From the NCBI RefSeq assembly GCF_018977255.1, contig NW_024704761.1, positions 2,170,001 to 2,234,000 of the forward strand: a DNA stretch of 64,000 nt, in the 5' to 3' direction. The DNA comes from Callorhinchus milii (Eukaryota). The position numbers and the translations under genes were made by a program. A model generated the notes under the pieces. The model saw only the letters and a list, made by a program, of their open reading frames with translations, was not told the DNA's origin and made no database searches. Of this stretch, positions 50,122-60,930 are shown in pieces (position 1 is the first letter of the stretch; every line of letters begins with the position of its first letter).

Positions 50122-53100
50122 ATGCGGAGGAGTAGCGGGAAACAGCTGAGCCTCAGGGAGCGGCTCGAGGGGCGCGAACTGGACCTGAGCCTCAGCGGCC
50201 TGAGCGACATCCCGGTCAGAGAGCTGGTGAGTGACTGAAGTGGGGGAGGATTACCCCCCACACCCCCCCCCCCAGACACCCCCCCCCACCACACACACAC
50301 CCCCAACCCCCACACCCCCCCCCCCAGACACCACACCCACCCCACACCCCCCACACCCCCCCCAACCCCCCCCCAACACCCAACCCACCCCCCACACACC
50401 CCCCAACCCCCACACACCCCCCCCCCCACACCCCCACACACCCAACCCCCACCACCACACACACACCCCCAACCCCCCCCACACCCCCAACCCCCCCCAC
50501 CACACACACATACAACCAACCCCCCCACACACACACACCCAACCCCCACCCACACACCCCCAACCCCCCCCCCACCACACACACCCCAACCCCCCCCACA
50601 CACACACCCAACCCCCCCCCCCCACACACACCCAACCCCCCCCCCCACAAACACCCAACCCCCCCCCACACACACCCAACCCCCCACACCACACACACCC
50701 CCAACCCCCCACCAAACACACACCCCAACCCCCCCCCACACACACACCCAACCCCTCCCCCACACACACCCCAACCCCCCCACCACACACACACCCCAAC
50801 CCCCCCCCCACACCACACACACCCCCAACCCCCCACCAACACACACCCCCAACCCCCCCCCACACACACACCCCCAACCCCCCCCCCCACACACACACAC
50901 CCAACCCCCCCCCCACACACACCCCCAACCCCCCCCCCCACACACACACCCAACCCCCCCCCACACACACACCCAACCCCCCCCCCACCAAACACACACC
51001 CCCAACCCCCCCCCCCCCACACACACACCCAACCCCCCCCCCCACACACACACCCAACCCCCCCCCACACCACACACACCCCCAACATTGTGACATTGTG
51101 CTGTCTGATATTTAATGAATTGACATGAATCCTTCTTGTACTTTAGATCGCATTACCCAAGGCCACAATCCTGGACCTGTCCTGTAATAACCTCATCATG
51201 TTACCGGTAAGACATTAATCTACTGTGTGTGGGGAGGGGGTGGGGGGAATGGTAGAACAGTTTGTACTTAATACTGTGCGTGTAATTTCTTTGTCACCCA
51301 CTGCAGATTATATTGGTTAAACCACCAAGGAAAAGTGATGTGCCAATTAATGAATAAAATAATAATAATTTGTTCACTCAATCCATGACCTTTTTTGGGG
51401 ACGCCGCTGTGCGCAATTGGCTGCCGCGTTTCGCCCACAAAGTAATCAGTCAATTCACTTTACCGAATAACCTGTGAAGCGCATTGAGACGTCTCGAAGT
51501 CGTGATGAGACTCTGTGTCAAATGCAAGGATTATTATTGTTAATATAATGTGACAGTGACTGAAAACCGTGCAATTCACTGGAGTATTTTACTCACTGTC
51601 GTGACATTCTTGCTGGAAAGTGAACGTGGGGGTGTTTGTGGGCACTTTAAAGGGATTTGTCCACTGTTTGAACATTTAATGACGTTCCCGGGGGAAGTGG
51701 CCAGAAGGAGGCAACGTTCTCAGGAGAGGAGTTTTCCAGCAAAGTTCCTGAATTGCCTGTGTATTTCTCTGCTCTAACCTATTGCACTCACTCACACGCA
51801 GCCTGAGTTCTGCAGTCTGACCCACCTGGTCAAGCTGGACCTCAGCAAGAACCAGCTGCAGCAGCTGCCCGGAGACTTCGGCCGCCTGGTCAGCCTGCAC
51901 CACCTGGACCTGTACAACAACAAACTGGTCAGCCTGCCCGTCAGCTTCGCACAGCTCAAGGTACGCACAGCTCCCGGCTCAAACAGGGGGACAGAGAGGT
52001 GATGGGAACACTTTGTAGGGGAAGGAAACTGTCACCGGATTTGATTGATCCGTATCATTTGTATTTATTTTGCTTGCTTACAGAATTTAAAGTGGTTGGA
52101 TTTGAAAGGTAATCCACTTGATCCAGCGCTTGAGAAAGTGGCCGGGGACTGCCTGGACGAGAAACAGTGCAGACAGAGCGCTGTCAAGGTGAGCTCGTCA
52201 CACCTGATTCCAGTAATGCTGAGAGCAGTGATCTCTGCTAAATACCAATGAAAAGCTTCACAATCCGCATCAGCAGCAAAAGAATTTCTTTTTTACTTTT
52301 AGTTTAATAAATCGACTTTCACCCCAGCTGCTCACTGTACTGTATCACATTCACTAGCACCTATCTCCTCTCTTGCCACTCGCTCTGTTCTGCCTGCACA
52401 CACTCTCCAGTGAAATTTGTTGGACAGAAATACTGACTTTCCCAAGAACACAGAGGCCAAGTGTTCTGTGAAGCGCTTTGAGACGTCTAGAAGACGTGAA
52501 AAGCGCTATATCAAATGCAAGGAGTATAAGTAGCCTTCGGGTGAGGGAGGAATTAAACCTTTGCTCTATGATAACAAAATAGAGCGTGCTCTTTAACTCT
52601 TTCAAGCACAAACACCTAATAGAAATGGAGGATGTGTTCATGTGAATAAAGATGTTGACAGTTTTTGCCCACAAAATATACAGTCAATTCATTTTACAGT
52701 ATATTCTGTGAAGCACTTTTGAGATGTCTCAACGATATAAGGCACTAAATCAAATGCAAGGATTATTCTTATTATTGAAGGTTGACTTGTCAATATGGAA
52801 ATAGCTAAAAGCATATCTGAATGTAGTGATCTGCACAGTACAAAGTAATTTGGTGCAGTAAGTGGTTTGCATTCGGGCAAAAACTCTTAACCCCTCTTGG
52901 TTTTTATTCTCGGACTCACAGGTTCTGCAGTATATGAAAGCCATTCAGTCTGAGCAGGACCGGGAGAAACAGAGGCGGCTGCAGATTGAGAGAGGTATGT
53001 GGAGCACTCTTACTGAAATAGAACCACTGTACTCCCAGACGTTTGTCAATTGAACGAGACAGGTTCTCCATGTTATATGAGTAAGTTTAGGATTCTACTG

Positions 53101-53971
53101 TTGTTTGGGTGGTCAGAGAGAATCCTGACTATGTACCTGTCATTTTTACAGTGTTTTAGTAAAACCTCCGGGGTTGTTAACTGTTGTGTGAGGAGTGAGA
53201 TATAAAGCAGGGCATGTCAAACTGTTATTAACAGCCGTCATTCATTCTGTCACTTCAGAGCTGGAGAAAAGACGAGAAGCAGAATTACGAGCGAAGGAGG
53301 CACGAGAACGAGAGCTACGCAAACGAGAGAAGATGGAGGAGAAGGAAAGACGCAGGAGGGAATACGACGCACTGAGACAACGAAGGTTGAACGAACCAAA
53401 GAAGGAGGAAAGCGATGGTGTGACAAAAAGTAAGCAGATGTGGGGGGGGTCTGAGTTAGAGGTGTCTCTGTACGTTTGGTTTTCTTGCAGATTTTCCCCC
53501 AACAATTTCATCCCCAAATCGCTGCCTCTGTCGAAAGTGTTGACTCTTTGCTGAGAGTTGCGCGAATACGAGTTGCTTTCCAGTGGCGGAGCAGGACACT
53601 GGGCCGGGGTGGGGGTTGGGAGGGGGGGGGGGAGGTGATGGCAGGCGCGGTTTTGTTAACTGGGTTGGGATAAGGGTCTCTTTAAACCAGGAAAGTTCGG
53701 TGGTAACTTTGCCGCTTTCTCTCCCGTTCTAGAGCCGGAATCCTCCGCTCGGCCGCCAGCTTCCCCCAAGCAGCGCTGGCTGTGCGACGTGCTGCTGAAG
53801 CTGCTGGTCTTGCTGTGCGTGCTCGGGGTCACCGCGGTGCTGTTGTGCCGCACAAAGCTCCTCCACACGCCGGGCTGCAGCTCCCTCAACCAGCTGTACG
53901 AAGCCGCTCTCCGCAGCCTGCAGACAAACCAGGCCGTCCAGAGGCTGTTACGCAGCATCCCTTTCCCGTGA
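50122..53971 (+). CDS. LRRC59: Leucine-rich repeat-containing protein 59 (ER ribosome-binding p34); exons 50122-50226, 51147-51206, 51802-51960, 52084-52188, 52922-52994, 53259-53429, 53733-53971; 303 aa
   Basis: [72 protein letters not shown]-rich coiled coil, C-terminal TM segment; exons sum to 912 nt. Confidence 0.96.
50256..51086. repeat. C/A-only low-complexity tract filling LRRC59 intron 1
   Basis: About 830 nt of CCCCCAA/CACAC units, read directly. Confidence 0.95.
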
Positions 53972-55419
53972 CTCCCCGCCGGGCAAAGTCACTTAAATTC
54001 CTATGGAATTGGATTACTTTGTGTGTTCTTATTCAGCACATAAACCCCATCGAGCGTCCCGGGGGCTGCGGTTCGTCCCTCCCTCGGTCTGTCTGCCCGC
54101 CTCCCGCCCAGCTCTAAACTAAATCCACACCGTAGCATTTTGCATTTGCCAAATCTTTATAAAATGTTCCTTGTGAAACAGCGTCTTTTTTTTTTTTTCT
54201 TCTCGACTTTTGATTTTGAAGTACTTTCGCGCTGATTTTCTGTCGGGCAGCAGCGCAGCCGCCATTGGCTGACAGCGCTGCACGGCATCCAAACGGTCGG
54301 GAGCAAAACCTCCCTTTCAACCCCCGCCTCTTATCTGACGCGCCTCGGCAATGGACTAAATTGACCTGATTTTAATTCAATATCCCCCTCCCCCCTGCTG
54401 CCTCAGGCTATACATTCACCTACGTGGCCTTTCTGTGTAAACCCGGACAGCGGGTCTCAGGCTGTTTTAACTGTGAAGCACAGCCTAGCTTTGCCCACAA
54501 TAGTGATCCTGAATGGGAACATCCCACTTCCCCCCCCCTTCCCAGTGCAGGGCTGGTTGTACCACTCCCAACATGACTCCTCTCACTCAACTCATCTCAG
54601 AGCGGGGGAGTGGGACTAGTTGGTAGCTCTTTCAACGAGACAGCACAGACACGATGGGCTGAATGGCCTCCTTCTATGCTGTAGGATTCTATGAACACAG
54701 AGCAGCGATCGACCGTGGGAGGGAGGCTTAGTACAGGGGACTGTTCGGAAATTCACGTCTGTGAATTGAGACTGTCAGGATCACAGGATTATCGTGAGAG
54801 CATTAGTACCAACCTCTACCTGCAGCCTCTTCTAACAGTCACTCCCTGGGGAGCAGGAGGCCCGGCTGACTTGCACATTCACATGTTATTTACCTTGAAC
54901 GTGTATTTTCTGCAATCCACTCGTTCCCGGTGTGATTCTATATTTAAATCTTGTAATATGTAACCTCAGGCTGTCAGAAACCAACGCAGTGTCGACAGCG
55001 AACTTTGCCGTACGTACCAAGGCCACATCTGGGAATTCTAATGGAAATAAACAGACAGCAGCAGGCTACCGAGGCAACTGTTTATTCTCTCTTCAATGAT
55101 TCCCAGTGTAATGCTATACACGGTCTTCACCTCTGTGTTTGTGGTACTCTCAGCTACCCCCCTCCCGCGCCCCCCTCCCACCCCCACCGTGCCCCAAAGC
55201 AATGCAGCATGATCATTGCATCTCGTTCAGCCACAAGACGGTCGCTACACTTTACGGGTAAATCCTGCCAAACACTTTGGGACGTCCTCTCTGAAAGGCA
55301 CTGTACTTAAGGCAAGATTATCATTATCCTTGGGCACACGGCAGTGCTCAATCCATCGCACTGGCTCCCCGCTCTGCTGATACTGCAGTGCACGGCAGCT
55401 GCCAAAATGACTTTTTGAA

Positions 55420-55425
55420 AATAAA
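55420..55425 (+). terminator. Probable LRRC59 polyadenylation signal AATAAA
   Basis: Followed by a T-rich downstream element; an alternative AATAAA lies near 55045. Confidence 0.55.
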
Positions 55426-55602
55426 AAATGTTAATTTTTTTTTAGCCACTATACTAAGTGTGCAGAGGCTCAGTATGTTGCTACAGTAAGTTACATAAGA
55501 TCAGAATACCTTCCCAACATTGTACCTCTGAGAGGTGTCACCTCCACCATTGCTACTCGACTCGCACCCTTTTCCCCTGAAAATAGTAGGAAATCCAAAG
55601 GT

Positions 55603-58600
55603 TTATGGCCCCCCATCTCCCCTGTCACAGGTCTCGACGTGCAATGAATCGTGAATTTCCAGTGAAAGGTTGGGGTCTGTGGATGTCATCTGCAAATAGA
55701 CGCGCTTTGACAACTGTGGGCCGATCTTTCTGGTCGACGAAGTCACCCCCTCTCCACGTCGCACAGGGATGGCGGCGAGAAGTCTCTGTCGCTCACGCTC
55801 TGAGCTGCATTCCTGGTACGCCTAAACAGGAGACAAGACAACCAACTCAGCTTCCAGAGAGTAGCTTGAGGATTCCCGATGACGAAGGAAGCCAGTTACA
55901 CAAGATGGCACTGCACAAGGTGCACAAGATTGTTTTCTGTACAACTTACAGTAATGTTTTATAAAACATATATTGTGAAAGCCAGAATGATGGGAGTTAA
56001 CACAATCCACAGAACATATATTAATAATAATAATAATCCTTGCATTTGATATAGCACCTTAGCACGTGTTTTGAGACGTCTCAAAGCGCTTCGCAGAATA
56101 TACTGGAAAATGAATTGACTATATTTTTGTGGGCGAAACCCGGCAGCCAACATCACAGGACAAGTCACAGGACAGGAGCATTTTTATGAAAGAACGCTGT
56201 CCGCTGTATGATTTCAAAGGTAAACGTGCAGAAAAAAAAAAGACTCCTGCTGCTAAGTGAATACTTTCTGCTGCGTAAAGGCTGTATAAACAGCCTTTGC
56301 CTTGCTAGAAGCACTGATGGCCCATCACTCATCAGTAACATGTTAATTGCTCCAATAGTTGGCCAGAGACAATTTTACCTGATTAAGCAGCCACGGTGAT
56401 GGATATACGGAAACGATGGCATTCGCCATGTCAGCGCTGACTCTGTTGAATTGCTGAATCTGTCTACTCCAAACCTGTAAGAGACCCTTCCCTGAACGAT
56501 CCACTTTAACCTCTCTGGACCCCTGATTCTCCATGTAGAAGGAGATGTCAGCCTTCTCTCGCCCTCTCCTGTCAAAGCAAATGTAGGGACTTAACAACAA
56601 TGGCCCACATTTGAAGCAACGTTCACGAATGTGTCCACAGAATTAAGTAACGAGAGAATCCATTAGAGCAAAGAGACGCAGAGCCATGTTTGCCGCGAAC
56701 ACTATTATCACGAACGCTCGCTAAGACAATGAAATCACAAGTGTACACACAGTACAGGAAATGGTTGTATCATCACAGGGAGAAACATTTTCCGCCCTGT
56801 AGCCGAAGAGGAAAGCTGTCAGCACTAATATTGTAGTGGAGTTAGTTTAAAGCAACAAAGGGAATGAAAATACAAACAACTAGATTATCAAGCGGAACAT
56901 CCAGTGTCCAGCCCTGATAAGCCAGTGACCCTGTGCACCAAACCCCAGCTCTGCTGCAGACAGCTGTAAGCTTTACTTGGCGAAAAGCCTGAATAATCTT
57001 ATAAAATTACTCAATAGGGGATTCCTCCCCAGGAATATTCTTCCAACAGCACAAAAACCCTCAACAAACTCGAAACGTTCCCGAAGTCCCAGGTGAATCC
57101 CCGAGCTCGTCCTGTACTCACTTGAAAGGAGTCTCGGCCACGGCTTTAGTGAACCTGTTGATATGATCCGCAAACTCCTTCCAGGTCTCCAGGAACTGTA
57201 CCTGGACACCTGTGGTCAGCTGTAGGTGCACCAGAGCCTGTGGCATGGGACAAGTAAGTGATTTCATTATAAACCCGACAAAATGACTGGTCATCGCTTT
57301 GGTTTGAGACACCGCAACAATATTAATAATCCTTACATTTAATATACAGTAGCACTTTTCACGTCCAGAGGACATCCCAAAGTGCTTCGCGGGGCTTACT
57401 GGGAAGTGTAGTGACTGAGTTCTGTGGATGAGCACCGCAGCCAGTTTGCACACAGTAACGTCCCACAAAGGGGGTACTTAATGCACATTTTAGGAGGCCT
57501 GAGACGTCTGGGTGAAGGGGAGAGCAGTGGGAAGGGCGGAGGTTGGGGTGGGGGGAGGCTGGAGGTGGGGAGGGGGAGCTCACAGTAAGCAGCATCGGAT
57601 ATCTTATTTGGCAATAAGTCCCATCGCCCTCAGAGGCCTCACCACTTCCACGTCCACACGCGAGACCCGAACTCGGCTCTTCTGCTTCCGGCGCATTGGT
57701 CGATCTCCCCCCTGCTCTGTCACCAGTCGCTTCCGCTGAGTCCTGCAGACAAACACACACCGACCATCATGTTTACACAGAGAAAAGGGAAGGCATTCCC
57801 ACGTTCCCATCGCACTCACGCTACAGGAATAACGATGGCTTTACTAGCCCCGCGTTACTGCAGATGATCCTCACCTGAAATACTGCTCCAATCCCATGAC
57901 AACCAGAGCAGGAATCCTCCCGGCACTTCTGTCCAGAATACTCTGGGAGAAACTCTGCAACGTCACCTGGCCTTCAGTGTCAGCACCTCGTACTTCCTGG
58001 AGAGAAAAGCAAGTTGTGTCAGAGTCAGTGTGCAGCGATGAGCAGCCAAACAGGGAAAGAACAGTCAGCGTCTTCCCATCACAGGAAAGGCACCTCCTGA
58101 ACTCACTGCAACTTTTCATAACCACCTCACACAAAGGAGCTTCAGACACTTCCCACAGCCCAAACCTGTCAGCAACACAGGTTACCCAACCCCAGGCTGG
58201 CGGGAGGGAGGGAGGCTGCAGGGCTCAGGGTTAGTTTAGGGCAAGTTTACCTGCTCTTACCTGCGAGTAGGTGTGAACCATGGACAAGAACCCCTCCAGG
58301 GGAACATGGACCAAGACGTGAGGCTCCTCCACCCAGTCTTCACTCTGTCAAAGACACCATTAATGTGGCAACAAAAAATATAGTCAATTCACTTTATCAT
58401 ATGCAAGGATTACTATTATTATTATTACTACAACACGTGAATTCTAGACCCGGCCAGTCGCTCGTGGCCAGACTCGAAGAAGATTGCATTTGAACCCATT
58501 GAATATCTATACTCTTCACCCGGGAAATGTCAGCAAGGGGAAAATTCCCATCCTTTATCGCGCAGGGAGTGGTTTACCCTGACAGACGCTACCCTGCCTG

Positions 58601-60387
58601 AGGGGCGGTACATAAATGCAAGTTGTTGTTGAACGAGCCGGAGCTCGATTGGTAATTTCCTGATTGATGTTTTGTTGAAGTTCCATAGAGTCAATAAACG
58701 ACTATATGCCTCTGTTACAGGGAAAGGGAAGAGGGAGGAGAGAGTGAGGGGGGGAGAGAGAGGGAGAGGGAGGGCAGTCAGGGTTCATAACGTCAGAGAT
58801 TGACGAGAAAGGAACGTGGATCAACGTAGGATAAAACCAGGGCTATACGTTGCACGCGGCAGTGTTCAACGCGAGATCTCCCAGACGCAATGTACAACAG
58901 GTCTACACTCAAGAGCCGAGAAGCCACCGACCGTGTGTTCGCCCCCAGCCCCGGGCTGGACGCGTCTCCTGCGCCAGGTCACACTCCGGCCGACAGCCTG
59001 CTCCTCGACTACGCAGCTGCTCTGCGTGGCCTGCAGTGCGCTCAGGGTCTCCCCGCCCACGTCCTCCTCCAGCAGCCCTGCAACAGCAACAGCAACCACA
59101 GGCCCAGGTCACATAAAAGACACCAAGCAAATCAAGACAGCTCTAGAAAACACAGCGGTGATGACGACGATTATAAACAATAATCCTTGCATTTGATACA
59201 GCACCTCATCATCGCGTCCTCTGGACGTCTCAGAGCGCTTCACCGGGATGCACTGTCGAGTGAACTGGCCGCGAAAAAACGCAGCAGCCAGTTGCGCTCA
59301 GCAGCGTCCCCCCCCACACACAAACGGTCACGGATTGAGTGGCCAAATTATTATTATTATTATGTTTTTTTAAAAAAAATTCAAAGGGATTATTTATGAT
59401 CCCACGTAAGAGCATTTTTCGGCACTAGAAGAGGAGAGCAAATGCCGCCGCCGGCTTTTCGTGCCAAAATATGGCAGCAACCGGCATTGCGATTGTTTGA
59501 ATCTAACAGCAAACTTCTGCTCACCAGATTCTTAACTGGGTCAAAGTTGATCTCTCTGGCAACAATGTGGGGGAGAGGTTGGGGTGAAGTTGCTGAAGGC
59601 TTTGGGCATTGACAATGGCCCCCATCCCACCAATTCCACCCGGCTGACTCCAGCCTTCTGCTCGTCCCTCATCCCCTCCGCCAGCGGTGGCCGTGCTTTA
59701 CGCCCCTGAAACTCTGGAACTCCCTCTCTCAATCTTGACCCCTCATCCCCATTTTCAGGTTGTGCCTGAAGACGGTAAGGTCACCCCCCCGCCCCTCCCC
59801 TCTGGTTTGGTGTCAAGCTCTGCCACTGTTTAGTGCTCAGAGACGCTATCCCCGGTGAAGGGCGCTATATAAATATAAGGCTGTGCTTGTTGTTGTTGAT
59901 GATGATGGGGTTGGACCACACAGCTCAAGCCCCCGAGTGAGGGCCACGCAGATCAGAGTGAGAAGCTCAGAGACACACACACACACACACACACAGGGTG
60001 AGGGGGAGCGAGACTGCCCATCAGATTAAACTCACCGGGGTCAATGGAGAGCAACATGTGGCTGAGACAGTGGTTGGGTTTCAGTGCCTTCACGCTCTGC
60101 GCTAACGCCCTCCTGGTCGCCCCGGTGTTCTCCTTCCCTGCGGGCGGGCGCTGCCGCCTCTCGCGGGCGGTGGGCGGCACCGTGCCCCGCTCCGGCCCCC
60201 GCTCGCTCTCGGAGTCTGAGATGTCCCAGCCACGGGCCGAGCGCCCGGCGGCGGCGGCGGGGGGGGGCCCGCCGGGGGGGCGCGGCGGGGGGGCTGACAT
60301 GCCGCAAGCCTGGCTCCCCGCGAGCCTCCCCCGGAGTCGGTGCGAGAGGGGAGCCAGGGGCCCCTCCTCACCCTCACTGCTGCTCAT
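55603..60387 (-). CDS. EME1: Crossover junction endonuclease subunit EME1; exons 60036-60387, 58932-59077, 58261-58344, 57875-57996, 57643-57742, 57122-57237, 56379-56568, 55603-55821; about 442 aa
   Basis: VSRVDVE.ALVHLQL, WKEFAD...[63 protein letters not shown] (ERCC4-like and HhH regions); position between LRRC59 and MRPL27; start codon less certain. Confidence 0.92.
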
Positions 60388-60930
60388 CACAGCCGCACAC
60401 GGTGAGGGGTGGTGGGGGTGGGAGTGGGGGTGGGGGGTCTGCGGGGATACCGCAGGGTCACAACCGACAGCGAGAGAGTGAGACGGCGAGAGGTTCGGAC
60501 GATGAGAGTGAATGAGGTTCAGTGCGGAGTTGACCGTCAATGGGGACACACAATGGGATCGTCACAGCAAACGGATACAATCACATTGTTGCGGCCGATA
60601 CAATGTTTCTCTGATCCGCTCTCCCGCCACTCGCGCGCGAACCCCCTGTTCCGGGAACGCCCACCCGCCCTCTCATTGGCTGCAGCGCCGCCCGACCTGT
60701 CCAATCCCAGCGCGGCAGGCGCTCACGGGGGCGGGGTCCCGCCTGCCCTCCGCTCCCATTGGTCGGCGGGCTTTTCCGCAGCGTCCAATCAGCTCGGGGC
60801 CCGCGCGCGCGCGCGCCAGCCAATAGGAGGCGAGGCGAGTCCGGGCGGCGGCCGACAGCTCCATTCACAAAACACGGCCCCCGCAGCTGACGCGGCGCCT
60901 GCGCGGCCCCGGGGCGGGTGACGGGATAAG
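60388..60930. promoter_or_regulatory. Bidirectional CpG-island promoter for EME1 and MRPL27, with five CCAAT boxes and GC boxes
   Basis: CCAAT/ATTGG at 60675, 60701, 60758, 60785, 60820; alternating CG at 60802-60816; YY1-type AAGATGGCGGC over the MRPL27 ATG. Confidence 0.8.

Noticed and set aside
49743-51115. Gly/Val/Cys- or Pro/His/Thr-rich ORFs
   Set aside because: Low-complexity intron 1 of LRRC59.
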